This document shows positions 11,133 to 23,382 of a DNA stretch of 43,042 nt, piece by piece. Position 1 is the stretch's first letter, and every line of letters begins with the position of its first letter. Under the pieces are notes generated by a model, which searched no databases, was not told the DNA's origin, and saw nothing but the letters and a program-made list of their open reading frames with translations. Source of the DNA: Octopus bimaculoides (lineage: Eukaryota); NCBI RefSeq assembly GCF_001194135.2, contig NC_068994.1, forward strand, positions 27,646,032-27,689,073. Reading direction: 5' to 3'. Both the position numbers and the translations under genes were made by a program.

Positions 11133-13145
11133 CATCATCATCATCATCGTTTAACGTCTGTTTTCAATGCTGGCATGGGTTGGACGGATCTGGCAGTGTT
11201 TCTACAGCTGGATGCCCTTCCTAACGCCAACCATTCTGAGAGTGTAGTTGGTGTTTTTTACGTGCCACCAGCACAGGGGCCAGAGGGGGATGGCAATGAC
11301 CACGATTGGTTGGTGCTTTTTATGTGCTACTGGCATGGAAGCCAGTCAAGGTGGCACTGGCATCTGCCATGTTCAGATGGTGGTTTTTATGTGCCACCAG
11401 CACGGGGATTACAACTACAATTTCCATTTGATTTTGATTTTAATGTACTTGACTCAATAGGTCTCCTCAAGCATGGCATGTCGCCCTACGATCCAAGGTA
11501 CTTTTGAGTGGGCTGCTTATGCAACTCTGGTGTAGGTTACAGCTGTGAACTCACTTTGTTTGCCACGTCTTCTCGGTCACAGCATACCTCCAGAGGTTTT
11601 GGTCTTTTGTCATTGCCTCTGTGAGGCCCAATGTTCGAAGGTCATGCTTCACCACCTCATCCCATGTCTTCCTGGGTCTCCCTCTACCCTGGATTCCTTC
11701 CACTGTTTGGGAGTGGCACTTCTTCACACAGATCTCCTCATTCATACATAGCAGATGACCATACCAATGCAAACGTCTCTCTTGCATGCCACATGTGGTG
11801 CCTCTTATGTCTAACATTTCTCTCAGGGAGCTTACACTCAGTGTGCACACTGACATTACACATCCAGCGGATCATGCTAGCTTCATTTCTTTCGAGCCTA
11901 CGCATGTCCCCCACAGTCACGGCCCATGTTTCACTGCTGTGGAGCATGGCAGTTTGCACACATGCATTGTTCAATCTACTTTTCACGCTGAGCAAGAGGC
12001 CCTTTGTCATCAGTAGAGGTAGGAGCTTTCTGAACTTTGCCCAGGCTATTCTTATTCTAGTGGTAACACTCTCTGAGCATCCACCCCCACTACAGACTTG
12101 GTCACCTAGGTAGCGGAGGCTATCAACTACTTCTAGTTTCTCCTCTTGGCATGTGATGGAATCTGTTTTCTGAGCATCTGTGGTGTTTATTGCCCCTGTG
12201 CATCTGCTTCACACAAAAGCTATCTTCCTGGTTAATTTTCTTTTGATATTGCTGCACCTCTTATATGTACACAGCTTACACTGGGTATATCTTATGGAGT
12301 TTCTACCTACTCCTTTTCTACAGATCAAGAAGGGCCACCTACCTAAAGGGGTGTGTGATGTGTTCACCTTCCTACTTACTAGAACTTTGGTCTTTGCAAC
12401 ATTGACTCTAAGGCCCTTCGATTCTAAACCTTGCTTCCACATCGGAAATTTCTTTTCTAGTTCTAGTAATGATTCTGCTATGAGGGCCAGGTCATCAGCA
12501 TAGAGGAGCTCCCAGGGGTGACCTGTCTTGAATTCCTCTGTTATTGCCTGGAGGACTACGATGAATAAGAGAGGGATGAGGGCTGATCCTTGGTGGACCC
12601 TACTTCTACCCGGAATTTTTCACTATACTCATTGCTAACCCTAACCTTACTAATGGCCTCTCTGTATAGGGCCTGTATAGCCCTTATTAACCATTCGTCA
12701 ATCCCCAGTTTCTACATCGTCCACCAGATAAGGGATCGGGGGACCCTGTCAAAGGCTTTCTCCAAGTCCACAAAAGCCAAGTATAGGGGTTTATCTTTGG
12801 CTAGGTATTTCTCCTGCAGTTGCCGTACCAGGAATATAGCATCAGTGGTGCTTCTACCTGGCACAAAACTGAACTGCATCTCATCTAAGCAGACTCTCTC
12901 CCTAATTAGTTGGGCTATGACCCTCTCCGTGACCTTCATAACCTGATCCAACAGTCTGATACCCTTGTAGTTATTTCTATCTAAAGTATCACTTTTACCC
13001 TTGTAGCAGTTGACTATGATGCTGCTACGCCAGTCATTGGGTATGGCTCCATCATGAACTACCTGGTTTACAATACAGGTGACTAGGCCATAACCCACAC
13101 CACCAGATGAAACATCTCAGCAGTGATTCCTGGTGGGCCAGGGGC
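11133..13145 (-). mobile_element. RTE-clade LINE, 5'-truncated, with (GAT)n tail
   Basis: RT motifs NYKGIRLL, MQFSFVPGRSTTDAIF, FVDLEKAFDRV, LYADDL (12491-12502) and C-terminal GRGRPRKTW. 3' UTR carries a CCATGC-AGCATTG-type stem and a (CAT)5 tail at 11133-11147. Frameshifted. Confidence 0.93.
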
Positions 13146-13199
13146 TAATATAATTATAGAATTAACAGTGACTATTACATGATTTTTTGTGGTGGGGTA

Positions 13200-14870
13200 T
13201 CTAGGGTGTTCAGGGTCGGCTTTGTTAGATTTGAAAGACTGTTGAACAGTTTATCGTCTACAATAATGTGGAACAAGGGTCTAAGAAGATACTAATGGAA
13301 CTTTATTTATTCCAAAGATAATGCCAAAGCCCTGTTTGTCCAATTTATCCAGCTAGTGACAGTGTTGTTGAAGCAAAGCAGATTGATTTCTAAAGCATCA
13401 AGTGCAATGTATAATAGAACAGAACCTATATGCTATTGACTGACATCATTTGCTCCTATTCAGGGTCATAATGAATTAGAAGATTTTTGAATTGTAATGA
13501 ATTTTTGGGTGACAGAAAAGCCATTGATTGGCTGAAACCTCTGTTTTGTTTCAAATGATACCTTTCTGTAGCATATAACAAAGAGGATCCTACATGTCCA
13601 CGATATTGAGAACATACCTAATCTAAAAGTGGATTGAACCCAGAAGGACTTTGAGTTCTCTCACATTCTCTAGTAGACTAGAGCATTCCAAACAACATGG
13701 ATATTGTTCACAGGAGAATGCAAACCTTTGAAGTTGACCCAATCATTAACATTTAACATCCATTTTCTACGTGGGCATGACTTGTTTTCTATAGCTGGAT
13801 GCCCTTCTTAACGTCAACCACTTTACAGAGTGTACTGGGTGCTTTTTATGTAGTACTATCACTAATGCTTTTTATGTGGCACCAGCACCCACACCAATGC
13901 TTTTTATATGGCACCTTGGTTTTAAGACCTAAACAAGTTATGACAGCACTGTAATTCTTATTCATGCCAAAGTATACACAGAAACCAAAATCTGAAAGTT
14001 TCTTTAAAACATTGTCAAGGTTGCCAATACATCATCCTGGTAGCAAACAACATGTGCTTCATTTTCCATACATCACTAATAGATAATCAGAACCAGCCTT
14101 ATCCCAAATCTAAGATAGTGGAAACTTTAAAAACCATGCAGCATATAGATTGTAAAAGTACAGTTTTGAACCTTCATTAAATAGTACCTGTAATAACACA
14201 AATCTCAAATAAATCTTGGCTTACAAATCATCTATTCATCCTGGAACTGGTCAAGGTTTGAACACTTTGCTGTAATTCCAAACCAAAAAGAATCATAACA
14301 ATCACAGCTGTGAAAGTGGCTTGTTCTGAATATTGCACAATTACAGTTATGCTGAGTCACAAGATGGTCAAGTTCCTTAACCATTTCTTCATAAAAGATG
14401 AAAAGAAAATGTCAAGCTTTACAAAATATGATTTTTATATAAGGATTTACATTTATTTTGGCAGTGAAACTTTTTCATGTCCTAAAATCATCTTTAAAAA
14501 CATTAGAATTCTTTACTTTGATATCTTAGGCAGCAGGTGTGGCATTCACAGCTTTTAAGCTGATAGATGTGTTTCCAGATGAATTGTATGATTTGAAACA
14601 AGTTCTTTGCCAGAAGTGTGGGACCATTACTAAGAATAGCTACCACCAGTTATTATAATCCATAGATGTCTTACAAATACCACATGGTATAATGCTTTAG
14701 GATGACAGATTCTGTGTTATGGCTTTGAGTTTTGGCTTATCTGGTAGACTTCACAGGTTATCAAATGCAGTGTAGCTGATTAGTGAAATGTCTGCATTTG
14801 TCTCAACCTCTATCTCAGTATGGAGGTCACTAATATTCACTAATGTCATCAAGGGAACCATTCAACATAC
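13200..14870 (-). mobile_element. Highly decayed Ty3/Gypsy pol relic (protease, RT, RNase H order)
   Basis: Manual translation: ETNADISLIS (DTGA-like, ~14780-14810), GNLDNVLKKLSDFG (~13990-14030), LIHYDPE...DVSQ*HIGSVLL and IIFGI..KFH*YLLR..FHIIVDDKL (RNase H). No LTR found. Confidence 0.6.
13745..13920 (-). mobile_element. RTE-type 3' end relic inserted in the Gypsy relic
   Basis: ATTTAACATCCATTTTC...GCTGGATGCCCTTCTTAACGTCAACC matches 11148-11240. Confidence 0.7.
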
Positions 14871-15879
14871 CTCCAGGAAGTAAATAATTTAAAACCTGAA
14901 TCATAGTTATTGTCTTCTCCAGACATGATCTGCTTCTTAGCTAACTTTGTGAGTTTTCTAGTGTCCAGCTCTTTCTATATTTAACTGTCTGATGATGTGT
15001 GGTATATACTCAATTCTGTGACAAAAGTTACAAGAAAACACTTTGTAACAACAGGAACCAGTCAAATCTTTTTCATTGCAGTAAAAATAGTTTTTGTTTT
15101 TGTTTCTTCTTCAGTCTTCAAGGTGGAATTGGATTGTTCAACCAGGTTGACCAGAAGCTGGGATGTATTTTATATTTCATATGTAATGCTACTTTTAATC
15201 AATCAGTTAAGAGTTGATGTTAACATTTTACTTGTAACAGAAACTTGAGTTAAATATGGTTGAGGGAAACACTGCATTTAAATGTTATCTCATCCTCATA
15301 ATCATATGTTGCTTCTCAGGAATGAAAGCCAGGTTTTATGGTTCAGTTATCTTTTACTCAATCTTTAGAATAAACAACCAATGTGCAACCATTATCACCT
15401 TATCAAAAATTTACCAGTACTAGTTGAGTAAGTTTCCTTATAGACTACCTCACATTACAAAGGATAGTGATGATTATCCAGTTGGTAGAACAGAGTAAAA
15501 GGTCCAGAGAAGACTAAGCAACTAACACTAAAATGTCTGTGTTTAAAATTATAAAAAAGTTTAATTACTTTAAATTTACCTTAGGTCTTCTAACACTGTC
15601 ATGCATGAATATTTAATAATTATTTAATCATGTTGCCAACAAATGCACAGCATACAAATTAGTCTAATCAATAGGGTTAGATTCTAGTTTGTATGTGATT
15701 TAGATAGTGGTTTGCTCTAAGTTCTCTTTGTGTGCAGAGGAATGTAAGGTTCTTGACTTCAGATTAGTTATTATTGAAAATTGTGATACATATCAGGACA
15801 TCTCCTTTATTTTTGTGTGTATGAAGAGAATATATTTACCTCTGTTTAAAGTGCCACATTAAAGGGTTTAAAAACAGTA

Positions 15880-16120
15880 GTCATCATTTAACTGTCTGCT
15901 TGCATGGGTTGGATGGAGTTTTACTTAGATAGATTATACTATGGCTGTGTGTGTATATATATATATATATACACACACATACCCTTCACACTTATCTGTT
16001 TCTAAGTAACGTAATATTTCCGCATGGAAAGACATGTTTTTGCAAAATATTGGACATGAATGGCATCCATTTACAAAAATCAAATCATGCTGTGTCCAAG
16101 CCAAGGAGACACAAACATAC
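15880..16120 (-). mobile_element. SINE family A tail-2 / RTE-tail relic
   Basis: TCATCATTTAAC...GCATGGGTTGGA, plus TTTCTAAGT...ATATTTCC...AGACATGTTTT shared with 19610-19730. Confidence 0.6.
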
Positions 16121-16684
16121 TCATACACTTACACATACATTTGTATATATGTGTGTATAATATAAGTATATATATATATATATATATATATATTGAAAAC
16201 AGAATATACTGATATAAGGATATAATGATATAATGACAATTTGTGTATAAAGCTTGAAATACGTGTACCGCGATATCCTTTGTGTTCTGTTTTCAATTTA
16301 CATTTAATATATTCTTTCACCTCTGCCANNNNNNNNNNNNNNNNNNNNNNNNNNNNNNNNNNNNNNNNNNNNNNNNNNNNNNNNNNNNNNNNNNNNNNNN
16401 NNNNNNNNNNNNNNNNNNNNNNNNNNNNNNNNNNNNNNNNNNNNNNNNNNNNNNNNNNNNNNNNNNNNNNNNNNNNNNNNNNNNNNNNNNNNNNNNNNNN
16501 NNNNNNNNNNNNNNNNNNNNNNNNNNNNNNNNNNNNNNNNNNNNNNNNNNNNNNNNNNNNNNNNNNNNNNNNNNNNNNNNNNNNNNNNNNNNNNNNNNNN
16601 NNNNNNNNNNTATATATATATATCCACATGTGTGTGTCTTGGTGTCTGTGCTTGTCCCACCACCACCACCACTTGACAACCAGC

Positions 16685-16722
<38 letters not shown>

Positions 16723-17689
16723 AATATGAAGGGTTTAGTTCACTGGTGATCTAAACAAATAGGTATGCTGAGTAAGTGCTATAGTTGGTCGTCCATTAGG
16801 TTCCAAATTCACAGCTGAGGCTGGATCCGTATTAGGGTTCTGTTATTGCAGGTATATATTATATAAGAGGAAAAAGCAAAACTAAAGTTTAACGAGTATC
16901 TCAAGTCATTTAGAATAATTTAATTAGGGTAAGGTGAATTTGAAGTCTAACAGCTATTTCTGGGATAACCCACGTGTTATAAATGTAATTAGAATACAGG
17001 TGCGAGAATAATGTTCACAACTCATCTTTTTCCAGAGGATATGGATGTTGGTCAGTACTTCCATAAAGGTACAGGTCCTTAGTTGAAATCCTGTTAAAAT
17101 CCCAGGTAAATCCAGGTGGTATTTTGAGTTATGTATTCATATTGAAGTGATAGATAGTATGTAAATGTGTATATAGAGTGAGAGAGTAAGATAGACATAA
17201 ATGGGTTTTGTGAGTAAATGTATATAGGAGAGAGAGGAGAAAGGAATAAAAATAAGATAGGGGTAAAAGGGTAAAAATAAGAATAAATATAAAAAAAAAA
17301 AGTAAAGGTGATGGTAGAGATATGTCAGTAATGCATCATTAAAGTTTCAGTAAAGTTAGAGTGGAAGGCCAATCTAGGTAAGGTCACAAAGGACAATAAT
17401 TTAGTGGTTGGTACAGATATCGAAAAGTGTATTTCAAGCTTCATAGCAATTTTAATTGATACAAGTTAAAGGATTAAGAATTAAAATTAAAACTTAAACT
17501 TAAAATTACAAACTAACAAAACTAAAACCTAAAAACTACAAAAACTAAAAATTATTGAATTGAAACTAGCTAGCTTCTAAGATACTTATGTTGATACAGA
17601 GGTAGAGGAAAAGAAAAAAAGCATATATACATATATATATATTGTAACAACCATGGATGGATACATGCACCTGTTATGCATGTTGATTT

Positions 17690-18190
17690 TGTTTACATTT
17701 GGGCCTATGGAAGGATGTAAAGGTATGACAGAACCTATGACAACATGTAGAGAAAGCTTTGTGCTGTTTATTTAGTAATTGCGGTGAATTATGTATTAAT
17801 ATTTGGAGGGCTTCTTGTAGGCATAGTCCACATGTGGATTGCTGGCCTTGGTATGGGACCCTGGAATCTATTATGGCCTAGTATGTCCTATATGGTACCT
17901 TTCTATTTATTAGATGGTGTATATCATTGGCTAGGGAGGTAGATTTGCTTAGCCCCTTATATTTAAATGAGTTTATCTGGGCAGAATATCTCTGTTTAAA
18001 ATAAATAGTAGATCCGATATAGTAGTTAGTAGAATTATGCAATATGTTGTGGACCGTGCATTTATATACTACATTAAGCCTTCTGCAGTGGGCTTGCAAC
18101 AGGCATTTGGTCACGGATCAGCATTTGAAGTTATCTGTCCTATGTGGGTTATTAATGGAAGGTGCAGTACTATTTAATGAAGAGGTTGCA
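17690..18190 (-). mobile_element. Penelope-like element, GIY-YIG endonuclease C-terminal fragment
   Basis: KCLLQAHCRRLNVVYKCTV...YYIGSTIYFKQRYSAQINSF...STSLA, continuing TCGLCLQEALQIL...LLNKQ...CCH. This is a Cys-rich linker plus GIY-YIG pattern typical of PLEs. The non-coding part probably extends to ~16740. Confidence 0.8.
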
Positions 18191-18414
18191 AGAAGCAACG
18201 AACATTTTAGAAAAAATAAATAAGTAAATTAGTGGAAATCAAACCAGTGAGTGTGTTGATTAATAAGGCATTATCATTGTTGTTATTATTACTATTATTG
18301 TTGTTAGCAGTAGTAATGGTATTAGTAGTGGTGGTAGAGTTATTAACATTAGTATTAGTATGTATGTGTGTGTATATATATATATATATACACACACATA
18401 CCCTTCACACATAT

Positions 18415-18555
18415 ACAATGAGCTTCTGTCTGTTATCATTTACCAAATCTTCTCACAAGACTTTAGTTGGTCCAAGACACCCAAAGTGTCACACAGTAGG
18501 AGTGAACCTGAAAACAAATGGTCAAGAAGAAAATTTAATCACACAGCCATACATA
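18415..18555 (-). mobile_element. SINE family A head/core, degenerate
   Basis: TTTACCAAATC..CTCACAAGACTTT...ACACAGCCA. Confidence 0.7.
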
Positions 18556-18607
18556 TGAATGTATATTCATTATGGAAACTCAAAGTAGTAAGTCAATTAT
18601 AATATTG

Positions 18608-18816
18608 ATTTCAAATTTCCGCACAAGGCTAGCAAGTTCAAATGAGGGGGTAAGTCAATTACATCGCTCCCAGTGCTCAACTGGTACTCATTTTATCAAC
18701 TCCAAAAGGATGAAAGGCAAAGTTAAACTTGGCAGAATTTGAACTCAGGATGTAAAGACAGATGAAATGCCACTAAGCCTTTTGCCCAGCATGCTAACAA
18801 TTCTGCCAGTTCACTG
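18608..18816 (-). mobile_element. SINE family B, complete copy
   Basis: GGATGAAAGGCAAAGT...GGCAGAATTTGAACTCAG...GCATGCTAACAATTCTGCCAG. Confidence 0.85.
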
Positions 18817-19599
18817 TGTAAAACACTTTTTTTTTTCTTTACGACTCTTATGTTACAATACACACACACACACACACGTATGCATGCACACACAAACATT
18901 TACACACATATAATGTCCAAATACACCACAGTGGTGGCGGTGAGGAAGAAGAAAAAGACTATAATGCCACCAATGGAGACCATCCTTAGATTACGTATTA
19001 ACTCTATGAACATTATGTTGATTCACTGCAGCTTTATACTGCACTTGTTGCATCTCATTACTGTACCAAGTGCATCAGGTGCAACATAACTGCATTCAAC
19101 AACTTCAGTATGTCAGATAACTGTACTTCCTGCTTATTTCAACTGAAGTCTCCATTTTACAGTTTTGTCAATGATTGTTGTTCAACACTAGGTCACTCCT
19201 AGATGAGATGATCTCTGATCAAAAGCGCTCCAGCTATGCACATTCCATGACATCGTGTTTTTTTGTTTATTAGATGTTTTACATTTGCCTTTGTGATTGT
19301 AAAACATGATTTGAGAGTTTTGGATGCTATTTCAAGCTCCCTTTTTTTGGCTTGTTGTTCAAGAGACATTCCAACCACAGCCATCCAGTTTTCTTTTCTA
19401 ATATATTGTATCCAAAACTACCTTATCTGGTCTGTTCTCCCATTTTAAGAGAGTAATTTGAAGAAGATTTGGCAGCTGTGTCTAACAGATAATGCAAATA
19501 ACTGTGCTGAGGTTCCTACATTAGTTCATCTTTGTGGTTGTTGTTGTTGGTGGTGGTTTTGTTATTTAGCCCCAAGTCAGTCCTGACAGGACAAAATTA

Positions 19600-19900
19600 T
19601 GAATTGCCTGCTTCTAAGTTAGGTGATATTTCCCATGGCCAGACATGTTTTCATGGAAGATTGGAAATGAACAACACCTTTTGTATGGAAGTGATGCTTG
19701 TGTACAACCACAGTGAGTCACCAAGACAAAGGTACACAGACACACACAGATACATATCCATTTATACACACACATGTAATATGAATTTATTTCAGTTTCT
19801 GCCTACCAAATCTACTCACAAGACTTTGGTCAGCCCAGACATGACATGACCAAAGTTCCACACAATGGGACTGAGCCCAATCAACATGGTTGCAAAACAA
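19600..19900 (-). mobile_element. SINE family A with alternative tail 2
   Basis: Head/core at 19780-19900, CA repeat, then a tail different from the one at 911-1095. Confidence 0.7.
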
Positions 19901-20000
19901 AGCTAAACTATTATGATATATACATGTGAATGTATGTGTGTGTGTGTATTTGGCTTTGCAAACTTGGGAAACAAGAGATCAATACATAAAACAGAGTGGA

Positions 20001-20096
<96 letters not shown>

Positions 20097-20345
20097 NNNN
20101 NNNNNNNNNNNNNNNNNNNNNNNNNNNNNNNNNNNNNNNNNNNNNNNNNNNNNNNNNNNNNNNNNNNNNNNNNNNNNNNNNNNNNNNNNNNNNNNNNNNN
20201 NNNNNNNNNNNNNNNNNNNNNNNNNNNNNNNNNNNNNNNNNNNNNNNNNNNNNNNNNNNNNNNNNNNNNNNNNNNNNNNNNNNNNNNNNNNNNNNNNNNN
20301 NNNNNNNNNNNNNNNNNNNNNNNNNNNNNNNNNNNNNNNNNNNNN

Positions 20346-20392
<47 letters not shown>

Positions 20393-20569
20393 CATATACA
20401 CACACACACAACACATTCAAACAGGGTGGTTGGGTTAAGTTTGACATTTTTATATGTATCCTTTTTTTCAGGAACAGCTTGATATATTGGTAAACCATTA
20501 ACAGCATTAGAGAGCATAGAGATTAAAGCTGTAGTTAAGAAAAAGTTAATTGGCACAGAGGATTCAAAG

Positions 20570-20960
20570 CCATTTGAGTATTGGAAAAAGAGTTACCTGT
20601 ATCACACGGATTCATGCCAGACATTAAAATGCCAACAGCTGATCAGTGCTCTGTGAACATTGTAAAAGCTGTTAGATGTGACATAGACAGCTGCAACAAG
20701 GACTACAAAACCATGGCCAGCAGGAGTGGACACAACAAACATTCTGATTGTGTCCACAATAACTGTTGAACAAGGCCTTAGGCTCAATTTAGACAGGTAT
20801 GTGAAGCTGTTGGAAATTATGATCAAACCCTGCTGGAAGGCCATATTTGTGGTAGCAGGATTCAGCTCCTGACCATACCTCTAGAAAGAGTCAGAAGTAG
20901 TTGTCAGAAATTTTCTAAATTCACAGCCCCTAATTTCTGGCCTGCTAATTTCCCTGCTGG
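20570..20960 (+). mobile_element. Tc1/mariner-superfamily transposase relic (maT/DD37D-like), internally deleted
   Basis: VEQGLRLNLDRYVKLLE, RPYLW*QDSAPDHTSRKSQK and NFWPANFP correspond to the QQDxAPxH and WPPxSPD motifs. Confidence 0.75.
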
Positions 20961-21093
20961 TAGCTGCTTTGATTAAACTGTTATCTCCCAGCCATAATCT
21001 AGTTGATATTTTATTATTCTTTTAAAATCATTTTATTTTTGAATGAGATGTATTTTCTTTATCTTTTATGCAAACTGTCAAATTTAGTTGCTC

Positions 21094-21213
21094 AGGCACA
21101 GGAGTGGCTGTGTGGTAAGTAGCTTGCTTACCAACCACATGGTTCCGGGTTCATTCCCACTGCGTGGCATCTTGTGAGTGGATTTGGTAGACGGAAACTG
21201 AAAGAAGCCCGTT
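21094..21213 (+). mobile_element. SINE family A head, well preserved, with core deleted between CTTG microhomologies
   Basis: A-box-like TGGCTGTGTGG and B-box-like GGTTCATTCC; GGCATCTTG joins directly to TGAGTGG. Confidence 0.88.
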
Positions 21214-21222
21214 GTATATATG

Positions 21223-21261
<39 letters not shown>

Positions 21262-21559
21262 NNNNNNNNNNNNNNNNNNNNNNNNNNNNNNNNNNNNNNN
21301 NNNNNNNNNNNNNNNNNNNNNNNNNNNNNNNNNNNNNNNNNNNNNNNNNNNNNNNNNNNNNNNNNNNNNNNNNNNNNNNNNNNNNNNNNNNNNNNNNNNN
21401 NNNNNNNNNNNNNNNNNNNNNNNNNNNNNNNNNNNNNNNNNNNNNNNNNNNNNNNNNNNNNNNNNNNNNNNNNNNNNNNNNNNNNNNNNNNNNNNNNNNN
21501 NNNNNNNNNNNNNNNNNNNNNNNNNNNNNNNNNNNNNNNNNNNNNNNNNNNNNNTATAT

Positions 21560-21702
21560 ATATCAATTTAAATAAGAGCCATAACGCAATCCATAATAAA
21601 ACTTGTTTAATAACCTATGCACATTTCAATGCATGAAATGTGCATAGGTTATCAAACAAGTTTTATTATGGATTGCGTTATGGCTCTTATTTAAATTGAT
21701 AT
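21560..21702. repeat. Near-perfect inverted repeat: 69-bp arms, 5-nt spacer, 1 mismatch
   Basis: 21560-21628 equals the reverse complement of 21634-21702 except for one A/G difference. Confidence 0.97.
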
Positions 21703-21886
21703 GCAGCCAAAATTGTATCACATATTTGAAAGTCTTTATATTTAAACAAAGTATAAACAACTTTTCGAGTGAGAATTTTGCTACTTTGATAACAGGTACA
21801 ATATTTTTACCAAATATTTGGTAGAGATCTAAATATACAAATATATATATATCATCATCATCATCATCATCATCATTATTTTTATT

Positions 21887-22100
21887 AAGGTGATGAGCTG
21901 ACAGAATCCTTAGCACATCAGTCAAAATGCTAAGTGATAGTTCTTCTGGCTCTTTATGTTCTAAGCTCCAATTCCACTAAGGTTGACTGCCTTTTATCCC
22001 CTCAAGGATCAATAAAATAAGTACCTATTGAGCACTGGAATCAATGTAATCAGCTTCTTCCTACCCTCAAATTTACTGGCTTTATGCCAAAATTAGAAGG
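21887..22100 (+). mobile_element. SINE family B
   Basis: AAGGTGATGAGCTGACAGAATC head, AATAAAATAAGTACC core and ATT tail. Confidence 0.8.
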
Positions 22101-23382
22101 AATTATTATTAGCTGGAGACTTACAGTAACTTAATGGCCTAGAGTTTTATTAGCAATGCCCTTATCAAACTTGATAAGGGCATTTGCACAAAACTCCAAA
22201 CCAGGAACTATGTGGTTGCAAAGTTAAATTCTTAATCACATAGCAAGTAACTTCTGCTTTCCCATTTTTGCTGAACCTTTTCATTACATTCCTGTGTCTA
22301 ATGTGGTGTGAGCTTGAGTTAGATTTTTGTTTGTTTTTGAGAAAATTCACTTCATTTAATCAGGTAATACCATTGAGAAAGGCATGAATATCACATAATC
22401 TTACTTTCTTCTAAATTTATAAACATCTGAAATACTATATCTGTCTTTCCTAATCTTTTTCTCATCTCTCTCTGCCCAACACATTTATGCATGTTTCATG
22501 CCTTAATCTCTCTTGTATGTCTCCATCTGTCTTCATTTGTTATGCACATGTTGTTGTTCAGTCCAAGATAAACCCCATTCAAGTAGACCTATGGAATAAG
22601 GTGTAAGAAGTGAACTTAAGGATTAAATGCAATCAAAAAAAAAAACCATCGTTCTAGCCCTACTATGCTTTCACCTGGGTGTCAACTGTATTGCATATTC
22701 CTGTATGTAATATTTAATCCACTGAGGTGTGTTGTTGTGAGCTGAGATAGTGGGTGTGGTGGGTAACTGAAGTAATGAGCTATGTGTAGGGCTCCTTCCT
22801 TTTCTTACTAGAAGCAGGTATCAGGAGTGTGTTAGAAAAGAGTGCAACAAGCCAGGGCAAAACAAAAATCACTTCCATAGAGTAAACTTCCTTTCAGTTT
22901 CATTTTTGCAGTGTAACCTTAACTGCTTTCTCCTACAATTAAGGTAAGGATGAATTGTTTTCACTTTGTTTGCCTTATCCCAGCTATGTGAGGTGGAGAG
23001 TGGAAGACTTGTTATATACTCTTTCCATTGTCCATTTGAAGCTTGGATGTGTTACAGACTCTTTCCAGGGATCAGTGAACAATCACTAAAAAGGACTTCT
23101 TTGTCTTCTTTTCTTGCATGTCACTGAATTTTAGGCATCTAATCAAATATATAACAATTAAGTTAAAGTTTCATATTCTGAATATTCTACTGCTCATTTA
23201 ATTCTCAGTAAACAAGATTCATAAACACTCGGTGATTTGTATGTACATAATTCAACTTCCTAATTATCCTTCCCCAATAAGTCACTTTTTTATTATGCTT
23301 ATTTTTCAGACTATTAAGTTTGTGTTTAATACTTATGCATACCCTTTGTTTTGAACATTAGTCCTATAGATCTCTTCATATA

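Noticed and set aside
13200-13330. Penelope RT motif (FLD...KPT)
   Set aside because: An adjacent frame gives a better match to Gypsy RNase H, consistent with upstream HYDP and DAS-like motifs.
21094-21170. tRNA gene
   Set aside because: The A/B-box-like head continues into SINE body and matches other SINE copies; no full cloverleaf was found.
16129-21636. Long ORFs of 120-217 aa around 16.1-16.7, 19.9-20.5 and 21.1-21.6 kb
   Set aside because: They are open only because they run through N gaps and (TA)n.
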